Shown: positions 28,543-38,286 of the stretch, piece by piece
How positions within the stretch are numbered: the first letter of the stretch is position 1
Layout of the letters: each line of letters begins with the position of its first letter
Assembly (NCBI GenBank): GCA_038103695.1
Contig: JAYNZN010000002.1
Location: forward strand, 2,385 to 65,689
Reading direction: 5' to 3'
DNA from: Opitutales bacterium
GTDB taxonomy: Bacteria > Verrucomicrobiota > Verrucomicrobiia > Opitutales > Seribacteraceae
Length of the DNA stretch: 63,305 nt
The notes under the pieces: generated by a model
Database searches by the model: none
The model's input: only the letters and a program-made list of their open reading frames with translations
What the model was told of the DNA's origin: nothing
Program-made: the position numbers and the translations under genes

Positions 28543-28589
28543 TTTGAAAATGATTATATAATGGGAAAAATGGGTGTGAGTTTAAAAGG

Positions 28590-29726
28590 GTGGAAAAAGC
28601 TGCGATAGAACAGCATTATTTCCGTAGTCTAGGCCTAGTACCCACCTTTTTGGTGGGGGTTGCTTTGTGCCTAACAATGTTGGGGATGGTTATGCTGTTT
28701 AGTGCTGGTGCCGTTCGTGGTGCTCAAGACTTATTAGCCAAACAATCCGTTTGGTTGGTATTGGCATTGGTAGCTGGGGCAGTCTCCGCTTGGATAGACT
28801 TGGACTTTTTAAAAAAGAGAACGCCCTTAATTTTTGGACTTTGTATATTTGGACTGATCCTTACCCTGATTCCTGAAATCGGAGTGAGAGTGAATGGTGC
28901 TCAACGATGGATAGGGTTAGGACCTTTGCGGGTACAGCCTTCAGAGTTTGTCAAAATCGGGTTGGTTCTTGGCTGTGCATATTATTTTGCAATGAAGCAG
29001 CGTACCACTGCACAATTTCTTGATGGATTTGCAATTCCATCCGCGTGGCTTGGATTAATCTGCGGACTTATTCTGTTACAACCAGACTTTGGCACCAGTT
29101 TTTTATGTGGAGCGGTGGGGGCAACTTTGATGTTTCAAGCAGGTACAAGTTTGAAATGGTTGATGCCGGTTGGGGGCTTAGCGGTATCTGCCTTTTCTGT
29201 TCTCGTCTATTTTGACCCTGTTAGAATTCGTCGTGTTACCTCTTTTCTTGATGTGGAGGCGAATGCTAATGATAGTGCCTATCAACTATGGCAAGGAATG
29301 CTTGCTTTTGGAGTCGGAGGAATTGATGGCGTCGGTCTTGGTTTGGGCAGGCAGCAAATGCATTTCCTTCCTGAAGCTCATACTGATTTTATCTTTCCGG
29401 TGATCGGAGAAGAGCTTGGCATGATTGCAACTATGAGTGTCTTGATCGCTTTTCTCTTACTTTTTGGGCTTACTTGTTGGAAACTGCGCTGCGTTTCGCG
29501 TCTGTACGATTATTTAATCGCAATGGGAGCACTTCTCTTCATTACCCTTCAGGCAATCATTAATTTGGGTGTAGTTACCGGATCCTTGCCCACCAAGGGG
29601 ATGTCTCTACCTTTTATCAGTTACGGTGGGTCAAATTTAGTCGTTGTTTTTATTATGGTTGGTTTAATCGTAAATGTTCTGCGACGAATCGATCAGCCTA
29701 GTCCTATTCAGGCAAGGGAGTTATGA
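28590..29726 (+). CDS. ftsW: SEDS glycosyltransferase FtsW
   Basis: NGAQRWI, QPSEFVK, QPDFG, LPEAHTDFIF, LPFISYGGS. Confidence 0.96.
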   Translation: MEKAAIEQHYFRSLGLVPTFLVGVALCLTMLGMVMLFSAGAVRGAQDLLAKQSVWLVLALVAGAVSAWIDLDFLKKRTPLIFGLCIFGLILTLIPEIGVRVNGAQRWIGLGPLRVQPSEFVKIGLVLGCAYYFAMKQRTTAQFLDGFAIPSAWLGLICGLILLQPDFGTSFLCGAVGATLMFQAGTSLKWLMPVGGLAVSAFSVLVYFDPVRIRRVTSFLDVEANANDSAYQLWQGMLAFGVGGIDGVGLGLGRQQMHFLPEAHTDFIFPVIGEELGMIATMSVLIAFLLLFGLTCWKLRCVSRLYDYLIAMGALLFITLQAIINLGVVTGSLPTKGMSLPFISYGGSNLVVVFIMVGLIVNVLRRIDQPSPIQAREL

Positions 29727-30859
29727 AGAATTTTGTAATTGCATGTGGCGGGACTGGTGGGCATCTGACACCTGGGATAGGGTTGGCCCAAGCACTTGAA
29801 GAAAAAGGGTGTCCTTGCTGGTTATTTATTAGCAAAAAACAAGTCGATTCTCGCTTATCATCTAAATACAAAAAAATGAGTTTCGAGCCGATGCCAGGCT
29901 GTCCTTTTTCCTCTTCGATATGGGGCTTTGCTAAGTTTTGTAAGGAGCTTGTTCACTCCTTTTATTTATCCAGAAAATTTTATAAAAAAGTGGGAGCGGA
30001 TGCGGTGGTCGGATTTGGCGGTTTTTCCACATTAGGTCCAGCCCTTGCAGCACGATCAGTCGGAATTCCAGTATATCTACATGAATCCAACCGAAAAGTA
30101 GGTAAGGCTGTTCGTTTCTTAGCTAAAAGAGCGGATCGTGTATATCTTCCTGATGGCGTACGAATTGAAGGGGTGTCCTATGAGAAGACTTTTCATCATG
30201 GCTTTCCTCTTCGTCAGGACTTTCGACGCCTTCCAATGGAAAGAGCCCGAAGAAAGCTTGGTATTTCAATGGCGGATAAATTGCTCGTTATTTTAGGTGG
30301 AAGCCAGGGTGCAGCTGCCCTCAATGAATGGGTAAAACAAAATCTGGAAAAATTAGCGGTCGATGGAATCTCTGTTTTTTGCGTAACTGGAATGAATAAG
30401 GAAAGCTCTGGTTCAGTTCAATTGTTAGATGCTTCGGGCGGAAAAGTGACGAGTCGCTTCGTTCCCTTTACAGACCAAATGGAGGTTCTGCTTTCTTCAT
30501 CAAATTTAGTCATTAGCCGTGCAGGAGCTGGTTCTTTAGCCGAGATCGTGAAGTGTAGAGTACCTGTCATCATGGTCCCCTATCCATATGCAGCGGACGA
30601 TCATCAGACTGCTAATGCAGAATTTTTGGAAAGTAAAGGAGGTGGCATAGTTTGTGCCCAGTCAAATATTACGAATCATCTTTTGGATGAGGTTAGGGAA
30701 CTTATGTTTAATGAAGAATTTCGTGCACTCATTCGAAGAAATTTATATTCTTTAGATACGGGGGATGTGGGCATGCTGATGGCTCAGGATATGCTTGTGG
30801 CTTTAAAGACTCCGAAGTCTTCCTTAAAACGCAGACATTTTGGGGAGGTTTTTGCATGA
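29723..30859 (+). CDS. murG: Lipid II GlcNAc transferase
   Basis: GGTGGH, GFGG, HESN, GGSQGA, SRAGA, VPYPYAADDHQTANA. Confidence 0.96.
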   Translation: MKNFVIACGGTGGHLTPGIGLAQALEEKGCPCWLFISKKQVDSRLSSKYKKMSFEPMPGCPFSSSIWGFAKFCKELVHSFYLSRKFYKKVGADAVVGFGGFSTLGPALAARSVGIPVYLHESNRKVGKAVRFLAKRADRVYLPDGVRIEGVSYEKTFHHGFPLRQDFRRLPMERARRKLGISMADKLLVILGGSQGAAALNEWVKQNLEKLAVDGISVFCVTGMNKESSGSVQLLDASGGKVTSRFVPFTDQMEVLLSSSNLVISRAGAGSLAEIVKCRVPVIMVPYPYAADDHQTANAEFLESKGGGIVCAQSNITNHLLDEVRELMFNEEFRALIRRNLYSLDTGDVGMLMAQDMLVALKTPKSSLKRRHFGEVFA

Positions 30860-33063
30860 GAAGACCAAGGAAAGTTTTATTGCTTGGTGCGGGAGGAATG
30901 GGAATGGCCCCTCTTGCTTTTTACCTTAAAGGAGCTGGCGTAAGAGTGGAGGCATTTGACGATCATTTTCGTGAGCCTCTCCGCTCGCAAATGGAAGAAG
31001 CGGGAATTGTTATTTTAGATGAGCCTGAACCCATAGTCCTGCCCGAATGCGTAATTCATTCAAGTGCAATTAATCAATCTAATGATAGGGTGAAAAAATG
31101 GGAAAAACTTGGAATTCCTGTTTACAGAAGAGGCTCTTTTATTGCTCAATTATTTGCCAGAAAAAAAGTGATTGCGGTGGTGGGGAGCCATGGGAAATCA
31201 AGCGTAGCTGGACGTTTGGCTTGGGCCTTAAAGAAGTTGAAATTTCCTGCTTCTTATTTGATTGGAGCCCAATTTGTTAATGGGTCAATGATGCCTGGGG
31301 AATTTCAAAAATCTCCATGGGTAGTTCTTGAAGTAGACGAGAGTGATGGAACCATTGATGAATTCTCCCCAACGATCACTGTTTCGCTGAATTGTGATTG
31401 GGATCATGTTGATCAGTATCAAAATAAAGAATCTTTTAGTGCGACATTAAATTCTTTATTTAAACGAACAAAAGAATGCATAATTTGTCCGAGTAAGGGG
31501 CCACTTTTTACCATGGCTAAAGGGGTAAGAATTGGCCAAATAATACCCTATCCTTCGGTGGGTAATGATTGCAATTTTAATCATGCTAATGCAGCTGCAG
31601 CAAAAGCTGTGATTGCTTTTCTAGAGCTGCCAGATTCTGGTTTTAGTTTTGAGGATTTCCCCGGGCTAGATCGTAGGCAAACGACTTTATTTAATGATGG
31701 AAGTAGGTGTGTGATTGAGGATTATGCTCACCATCCAACAGAGATTCATTCATTTTTAGATCTAAGGAGAAGGCTGGAGGGTTCCAATTCCATGAAAGTA
31801 GTCTTCCAGCCTCACCGATATTCTCGCACTAAAAAATTAGCTCAAGGATTTGCTGAAGAACTCGCAATTGCGGATCAGCTATTTCTCCTTCCAACTTATT
31901 CTGCTTATGAAAAATTTGATGAAAGGGGAACAGTTGAAACTCTTACAGGTTACTTACCTCCTCGTTTAAGGGAAAATACTAGAATTTATGAAAATTTTAG
32001 TGATTTAAGGAGGTCTTTGAAGCGTGATGATAATCCAAGAAATCGTGATCAAGTTCTTTTTGTGGGTGCAGGAGATATTTCAGTTTGGGCTCGTGCTTTT
32101 TCCGCATGGGAGTGCAGCGGTGGGAATAAATATCTAGCGTTTGGGCAATTTCTTAACGAACGCTTGTCTAATTCTACAAGTCTTACTGATTTTCACCCAT
32201 TAGGGAGTATGACCACGATGGGTGTGGGTGGAGGTGCTAGATGGTATGCTGAACCAGCTAATATCGAAGACTTAAAATCTCTCGTAGAAGCATGTAAGCT
32301 ATTTGAACTACCGAGGGCAATGATGGGAAGAGGCTCAAACCTGATTATTCCCGATGATGGATTTGGTGGATTAGTTCTTCGATTACGCGGAAAATTTTGG
32401 AGTACAATAGAGATAAGAAATGAAAAATCCTTAATTGTTGGTACTGGAGCAAAGCTTAAGGATATATGTAAACTTTCATGTGAGAAAGGCTTAAAAGGCT
32501 TTGAGTTTTTAGAGGGTATACCCGGGACCCTAGGAGGAGCATTACGCATGAATGCAGGAGCCATGGGTTGGGAGATGTTCGATCTAGTTGAATGGGTTAG
32601 CTTTCTTATGCCTGATGGCAAAATCCAGAAAATACTTGGTAGCGAGCTTGAGGTTGGTTACCGGTACTGCAAAGAAGCCTATGAAGGAATTGCCCTGCGG
32701 GCGAAATTGAAGGCAGAAGGCAAAGCAAAGCATCAGGAAATACGAAATGTTATTGATAAGCTTGCTTCTGCACGTAGGAAAACCCAACCAAGGGAAGCAA
32801 GTTCAGGTTGTATTTTTCGAAATCCAAGCGAGAAGCCAGCAGGTTGGTTAATCGATCAATGTGGTCTTAAGGGAGAGAGAGTAGGGAATGCCGGCATCTC
32901 TCATCTTCATGCTAATTTTATTCTTAATCATGGGGATGCAACTGCCAGTGAGGTTATTGAACTTATTCAAAAAGTTCGCGATCGTGTAAAAAAGTCTCAC
33001 GGGCTAAGCCTAGAACCTGAAGTCAATTTACTTGGTCAGTCTTGGGAGCAGTTTCTTTCATGA
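30856..33063 (+). CDS. murC-murB: Fused MurC (L-Ala ligase) and MurB (enolpyruvyl reductase)
   Basis: N-part GAGGMGM, GSHGKSS, EVDESDG, DYAHHPTEI, FQPHRYSRT; C-part GRGSN, GIPGTLGGALRMNAGA, SSGCIFRNP, HANFI, LEPEV. Confidence 0.93.
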   Translation: MRRPRKVLLLGAGGMGMAPLAFYLKGAGVRVEAFDDHFREPLRSQMEEAGIVILDEPEPIVLPECVIHSSAINQSNDRVKKWEKLGIPVYRRGSFIAQLFARKKVIAVVGSHGKSSVAGRLAWALKKLKFPASYLIGAQFVNGSMMPGEFQKSPWVVLEVDESDGTIDEFSPTITVSLNCDWDHVDQYQNKESFSATLNSLFKRTKECIICPSKGPLFTMAKGVRIGQIIPYPSVGNDCNFNHANAAAAKAVIAFLELPDSGFSFEDFPGLDRRQTTLFNDGSRCVIEDYAHHPTEIHSFLDLRRRLEGSNSMKVVFQPHRYSRTKKLAQGFAEELAIADQLFLLPTYSAYEKFDERGTVETLTGYLPPRLRENTRIYENFSDLRRSLKRDDNPRNRDQVLFVGAGDISVWARAFSAWECSGGNKYLAFGQFLNERLSNSTSLTDFHPLGSMTTMGVGGGARWYAEPANIEDLKSLVEACKLFELPRAMMGRGSNLIIPDDGFGGLVLRLRGKFWSTIEIRNEKSLIVGTGAKLKDICKLSCEKGLKGFEFLEGIPGTLGGALRMNAGAMGWEMFDLVEWVSFLMPDGKIQKILGSELEVGYRYCKEAYEGIALRAKLKAEGKAKHQEIRNVIDKLASARRKTQPREASSGCIFRNPSEKPAGWLIDQCGLKGERVGNAGISHLHANFILNHGDATASEVIELIQKVRDRVKKSHGLSLEPEVNLLGQSWEQFLS

Positions 33064-34031
33064 TTTCAGCCAATAAAATTTTTATGAATACACCACCTAG
33101 AATCGTTATTTTGTGCGGAGGAACGGGGGCTGAGTCTGAGGTGTCAAAAGCTTCCGGCGAAGCCCTTTCCTTATCACTCTCAAAAAAATACCAAACCCGA
33201 ATAATAAAGCTGGATGAGGATCAGTTACCCGAGGGATTGGATCCAGAGCACGAGGTTGTTTTTCCTGTTATTCATGGAACATTCGGAGAAGATGGCCAAT
33301 TACAAGCCCTTTTAGATGAGAAAGGCATTGAGTATGCTGGCAGTGATCAACGATCGAGCCAACTTTGTATGGATAAGTCCCAAGCTAAAAAAATTGTAGT
33401 GGAGAACGGCGTCCGCGTCTCTTCAAGTGTAAGCTTTAATGACCCCAAACAGGTGAACGTAGCTGAGCTAATTGATAAACTGGGCAGAGAAATGGTTCTC
33501 AAGCCCCTTAATCAAGGCAGTAGCGTATCTTTGAGAATGATTTGTGGTTATCAAGACTTACAAAATTGTCTCTTGGAAATAGAACCGGGGGATTGGATGC
33601 TAGAACGCAGAGTTATTGGACGGGAAGTTACGATCGGAATGATGGATAATCATGCGATGGGTATAGTGGAGGTGATTCCAGTTGGTGGAGTTTACGATTA
33701 CGAGAGAAAATATGTACCTGGATCGACCGAGTATAAATTTCCAGCTGTGATGGATGATGAGGTCGAACGTGAGTTGAAATCTTTTGCAAGAAAAGCATAC
33801 AAAGCGTGCGGGTGCCGAGACTTTGCAAGAATTGATTTTATGATTAGTGAAGATGGTAATCCGTATTTTCTTGAAGTGAATACGATCCCCGGTTTAACCA
33901 CAACCAGTCTCCTTCCCAAGAGCGCTTCTTGTTCAGGGTACGATTTCGACAAACTTTGCCATCGATTAATTGAGCCCGCTGTCAATCGATTCTATGAGCG
34001 AAATCCTAACCTAAACTTTCATGCAGCTTAA
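33060..34031 (+). CDS. ddl: D-alanine--D-alanine ligase
   Basis: HGTFGEDG, MDK, GSS, YDYERKY, ARIDF, LEVNTIPGLT; ATGA overlap at 33060. Confidence 0.96.
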   Translation: MISANKIFMNTPPRIVILCGGTGAESEVSKASGEALSLSLSKKYQTRIIKLDEDQLPEGLDPEHEVVFPVIHGTFGEDGQLQALLDEKGIEYAGSDQRSSQLCMDKSQAKKIVVENGVRVSSSVSFNDPKQVNVAELIDKLGREMVLKPLNQGSSVSLRMICGYQDLQNCLLEIEPGDWMLERRVIGREVTIGMMDNHAMGIVEVIPVGGVYDYERKYVPGSTEYKFPAVMDDEVERELKSFARKAYKACGCRDFARIDFMISEDGNPYFLEVNTIPGLTTTSLLPKSASCSGYDFDKLCHRLIEPAVNRFYERNPNLNFHAA

Positions 34032-34034
34032 GTT

Positions 34035-34949
34035 ATGACCAAAAAAAAGTCGCCCGATTTGACCCTTTCCTCGAGCTGGAAAAACCTAGTTAATAAAAAG
34101 CCTAAAAAGCAATCTATCCGTTCTGGTCATCAAAGAAAGTGGCTATTCGGGTTAAAGTTTTTTTCCCTTGCCATTGTCTTAGCTATGGTGGGTTTAGTCG
34201 GTTATTTTGCTGATAAAAACTTGGGTGAAACTTTTCTTTCATCAGATAAAGAATTTCATGGAGTAAGCCCAAGGGTTGATCGTATAGACTTTACCAGCGA
34301 CGGCCCCTTAAACCTCAAATGGTTTATGAATTGGTTTGGTCCTATGAGAAATCGTTCACTCATGGACTTAGATATAGCCGAGATTCATGAGGCACTGGTA
34401 TCAGATGATCAGATTCTTACTGCCAGTGTGTCGCGCGTTTTCCCATCAACCCTGAAAGTTGTGCTTAAAGAACGCCACCCCGTACTTGTCCTTAGACTAA
34501 AGGAGGCACCACAAGAATATTCCGATTGGCTCGTTTCTGAAAATGGAGTTTTGTATAAGGGGGTAGGATATTCATCATCTAGACTCGCCCATCTTCCTTC
34601 CCTAAAAGTTTTGCCAAAACAGCTGAAGTTTAATCCAGCCAATTTAGCCTATGAGCCTCTTGAAGGCATGGTTCATGTATCTCCATTACTAGAACTTGCC
34701 CGTAGAGAGTATCCTGATATCTACAAAGACTGGCTTGTTGTTTCCTATGAGAGGCCATATGAAACGGATCCTGGTGCACATATCCTCATTCAGACGAGTA
34801 GAATTTCAAAGATAAGATTTTCTCCTACTGCTTTTGCCGATCAAATGAAAAGGCTACGGTATCTGCTCTCAGAACCTAAGTTTAGAACAAAGTCCAAAAT
34901 AAGATCGATCGATTTATCCCATGAAAGGTCGGTCTTTGCCAAATTATAA
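34035..34949 (+). CDS. ftsQ: Cell division protein FtsQ/DivIB
   Basis: TM helix, then a POTRA-like segment (ASVSRVFPSTLKVVLKERHP) and C-terminal IDLS; lies between ddl and ftsA. Confidence 0.8.
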   Translation: MTKKKSPDLTLSSSWKNLVNKKPKKQSIRSGHQRKWLFGLKFFSLAIVLAMVGLVGYFADKNLGETFLSSDKEFHGVSPRVDRIDFTSDGPLNLKWFMNWFGPMRNRSLMDLDIAEIHEALVSDDQILTASVSRVFPSTLKVVLKERHPVLVLRLKEAPQEYSDWLVSENGVLYKGVGYSSSRLAHLPSLKVLPKQLKFNPANLAYEPLEGMVHVSPLLELARREYPDIYKDWLVVSYERPYETDPGAHILIQTSRISKIRFSPTAFADQMKRLRYLLSEPKFRTKSKIRSIDLSHERSVFAKL

Positions 34950-34987
34950 TTCTCCACAAAAATCAAGATTCACAGAGGTACTAGAAA

Positions 34988-36193
34988 ATGAGCAAAATCA
35001 TAGGTGCAGTAGAAATCGGTACATCCAAAACCAAGGCTGTCATAGGAGAGGTGAATGAAGGAAATTCTCTTAGTATTGTTGGCATGGCAACTCGTCCTAA
35101 TGAAGGAATGAGAAAAGGGGAGATCATGGACTTTCAAAAAGTGGCTCAATCTGTACACACTGCCCTAGCTGAAGCAGAAAAAATGTCGGGAACCACAGTA
35201 GATTCGATTTATCTTGCACAGACTGGTTCACACTTGAGTGGGACTGTTTTAAGAGCTCGTGCAAATGTTTCTGCTTCCGATGGTCGTGTTTCAGCTGAGG
35301 ATCTCCAACGTGCTGCGGATGAAGCAAAAAGAAGAAAGCCAGAGGAAGGTAGATCTTATGTGCATTATGTAAGAATGCCTATTTTGCTAGATGGTCGCCC
35401 GGTCGATGACCCTGTTGGAATGATCGGTAAGAATGTCGAAATTGTTTATTGGGCCATTGATGGAAATGATTCAGCTCTAAGGGCCAACCTTGATGTTGCT
35501 AGTAACTATGGTTTAGATGTAGATGATTTAATTTTATCTTCAATTGCCTCATCAACCTTGGTAGCTGGACCCGACTTAAAAAGGGCGGGTGCCCTAGTGA
35601 TTGATTTAGGAGCGGGAGTTACCGACCTCGCAATTTTTCGAAGTGGTCATGTGGTCTACACAGGAGTGATTCCAGTGGGCGGAGATCATATTACCGGTGA
35701 TTTAGCCATGGGGTTGCGTATTTTTGAACCTTATGCAGAAAAGCTCAAACTTTCATATGGAGTGGCTCAACCAGAATCCAATACTCAGGATGAAAAAGTA
35801 TGGATAACCAATGAAAAAACAATAGGAGACCGGTCGGTTTCTAGAAATGCCATCACCCAAATTATTCATGTCCGGGTGGTTGAATTGTTTGAAATTATTG
35901 CTAAAGAAATGGAAGATTTTTTAAATTCCAAGGATCTTGGAGCAGGAGTAATCTTAACCGGTGGAGGATCAAGACTTCCAGGAATAGAAAAGGTAGCGTC
36001 CACAATATTGGGTGTTCCTGTTCGTAAAGGCACTTTTCCGGCCGAAATAGGAAAGGATCTTGCCCAGCCCGAAAATGCAACAGTTTTGGGCCTTTTACAT
36101 TACGGACTTGAGGATCGTAGTTTGCCCGGCCAGCCTAAAAGTGCTGAAGGAAAAGGAATCTTAAGCAAAATAGGCGGTCTGCTTGGTATTTAA
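34988..36193 (+). CDS. ftsA: Cell division protein FtsA
   Basis: EIGTSK, IDLGAGVTD, GGDHITGD, LTGGGS; C-terminal amphipathic helix. Confidence 0.95.
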   Translation: MSKIIGAVEIGTSKTKAVIGEVNEGNSLSIVGMATRPNEGMRKGEIMDFQKVAQSVHTALAEAEKMSGTTVDSIYLAQTGSHLSGTVLRARANVSASDGRVSAEDLQRAADEAKRRKPEEGRSYVHYVRMPILLDGRPVDDPVGMIGKNVEIVYWAIDGNDSALRANLDVASNYGLDVDDLILSSIASSTLVAGPDLKRAGALVIDLGAGVTDLAIFRSGHVVYTGVIPVGGDHITGDLAMGLRIFEPYAEKLKLSYGVAQPESNTQDEKVWITNEKTIGDRSVSRNAITQIIHVRVVELFEIIAKEMEDFLNSKDLGAGVILTGGGSRLPGIEKVASTILGVPVRKGTFPAEIGKDLAQPENATVLGLLHYGLEDRSLPGQPKSAEGKGILSKIGGLLGI

Positions 36194-36241
36194 AAGTGTA
36201 GGTTTTCAATCAATCTCAATTAATGTTTAACCCCAATTACT

Positions 36242-37510
36242 ATGCTTCAGCAAAACTTCCTTGAACCTGGAAACAATTTAAATAGCCAAGATAAGCTTGG
36301 GTTGCGCTCGTTGATTATTGGAGTAGGGGGTGCGGGTATTTCTTTGGTTGATGGTTTGCGTTTTGATAATTTTGATTTTCTCGAAAGTTTAGTCATTGAT
36401 GTTGATGTTCGTACGCTTTCAGATTCTTTGGCTGGAGAAAAGCTATCATTTGGGCGTAGACACACCCGTGGGATGGGGACAGGTGGCGATATGAATTTAG
36501 CTAGGCGTGCCATTGAAGAGGAAAAAGATAAGATTCGGGAAAAACTAGATGGCGTAGACTTGGTATTTTTACTTGCGGGCTTGGGTGGAGGTACTGGGGG
36601 TGGAGTAACCTCAGTTGTAGCGCGTCTTGCTCGTGAAAGAGGTGCACTTGTTTTTGCGTTTGTGCCTCTGCCTTTTAGTTGGGAAAAGTCAAGGCATGCC
36701 CAGGCGGAAGAATGCCTTGAAGATTTAAGAAAACATGCCAACGCTGTAGTTCCACTCCCTAATGATTCCTTGCTGCAAATGGGTGGACCAGATGCTACCG
36801 CTTTGGAATGTTTTGCTGAGGCAGGAAGAAATGTCAGCAAAGGAATTTCTGCAATATGTAAACTTATTTATCAAAAAGGAATGATCGATGTAGATTTTGC
36901 CCATTTGCGAAAAGCTTTTAGTGGCAGATCTGGTAGAACATTATTTGGATACGGCAAGGGTATCGGTAAAGATGGATTACGTGAGGCAATGAGAGAATTG
37001 TTAGTATGTCCAATGCTACATTTACCAGAGGTTTCTAAGGCAGCTGATATCTTATTAATTTTCATTAACGGCGGGCCAAACTTGGGTATGTCTGCTCTTA
37101 ATTCAGCTTCTCAAGAAATTCGTGAGGCATTTAAAGCGGGAGAACAAGTTGTATTTGGTGCACATGTTGACGAGAATATGGGTGACGATGTTCAGATTAC
37201 TGTGCTTGGTGCTACTAATTTAGGTGCGAATAAACCCAAAGCGGATGTAGCACCACCAGCGAAAGAAGTATACTCTGTGACCTCCAAACCAAAAGAGCAT
37301 CACCCGTCTCGATTATCTTCGGCTAAAAAAGCGACTAAGAGTAAAGGGAAGAGGAAAACGAGTATGCCCTTAGAACAAAATACTTTTTCATTCATGGATG
37401 ATAAAAACCAAAGAGGTATATTTGAAGATCTTCCTAGTCGGAACCTGTATGAAGGAGAAGACCTGGATGTACCGACCTATCTTAGAAGGGGAGTACAGAT
37501 TACTCTGTAG
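36242..37510 (+). CDS. ftsZ: Cell division protein FtsZ (divergent)
   Basis: GVGGAG, AGLGGGTGGG, C-terminal LDVPTYLRR; last gene of the dcw cluster. Confidence 0.93.
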   Translation: MLQQNFLEPGNNLNSQDKLGLRSLIIGVGGAGISLVDGLRFDNFDFLESLVIDVDVRTLSDSLAGEKLSFGRRHTRGMGTGGDMNLARRAIEEEKDKIREKLDGVDLVFLLAGLGGGTGGGVTSVVARLARERGALVFAFVPLPFSWEKSRHAQAEECLEDLRKHANAVVPLPNDSLLQMGGPDATALECFAEAGRNVSKGISAICKLIYQKGMIDVDFAHLRKAFSGRSGRTLFGYGKGIGKDGLREAMRELLVCPMLHLPEVSKAADILLIFINGGPNLGMSALNSASQEIREAFKAGEQVVFGAHVDENMGDDVQITVLGATNLGANKPKADVAPPAKEVYSVTSKPKEHHPSRLSSAKKATKSKGKRKTSMPLEQNTFSFMDDKNQRGIFEDLPSRNLYEGEDLDVPTYLRRGVQITL

Positions 37511-37552
37511 AAAATTTGTTTGATACTGAAGGCGAGCTGGAGTACTTCTTAC

Positions 37553-38212
37553 TTACTTCCAGGAGTGAAGGTATTCAAGGCCTATGGAAGATGCCTTGCT
37601 GTCTACATACTTAGAAAATGCTAAAGACAGGGCATTTCTACGGGTAGCTAACCAAGTTAAAGATACATCAAAAATAAAATCATTGTGAGCATCAAGGAAT
37701 AGCCTGTTTACATAGCTCATGCTAGGAGTAAGGGTGATTTCGTCATTCAAATAAAGCTCTGCACCGGTTTGAACCTTCAGATGAAATTTTTCTTTGTTGG
37801 TGAAATGTATTGAGTCTTGCTTGTAAGAGGAATACTGCAGTCCTATCCCAGCAAAAGGTAATAAAAATCCACTCTCCCGCTTAATTCGATTGTAACGAAA
37901 AATCAAATCTGCATTTGCTTGGTTTAAGTGATCTGAAACATTGTCGTCGCTAAAGTCACTCCTACTGACACCTAAATTGAGGTCGAAGGAATCGGACAAA
38001 GGAATGTTGAGGGACATTTCAAAAGAAAATCCTTCCATATTCCTTTCTTGAGGTGTCCAGGTTGTTCCATTGTTATCTTTTTCCCAGTATGATCTCGAAT
38101 GTTCGATACCATTAATACCAAATCCGAAGAAATAATTCCCAAGCCTTGTCTCACTGAGGCAAAATGATGTAGCCGAAAAAAAGGCACATGCTATAAAAAG
38201 AGAATATTTCAC
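37553..38212 (-). CDS. Small outer-membrane beta-barrel protein (OmpA/OmpW-like size)
   Basis: Signal peptide; alternating aromatic strands (PFAGIGLQY, GAELYL, SIGLEYLHSW). Confidence 0.65.
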   Translation of the reverse strand: MKYSLFIACAFFSATSFCLSETRLGNYFFGFGINGIEHSRSYWEKDNNGTTWTPQERNMEGFSFEMSLNIPLSDSFDLNLGVSRSDFSDDNVSDHLNQANADLIFRYNRIKRESGFLLPFAGIGLQYSSYKQDSIHFTNKEKFHLKVQTGAELYLNDEITLTPSMSYVNRLFLDAHNDFIFDVSLTWLATRRNALSLAFSKYVDSKASSIGLEYLHSWK

Positions 38213-38286
38213 GCAAAAATTTAACTTACTAAAATTATATAAATGTTAAAGCCAAGATGTAGGCAAGCCGATTGGCTGGAATGTTT

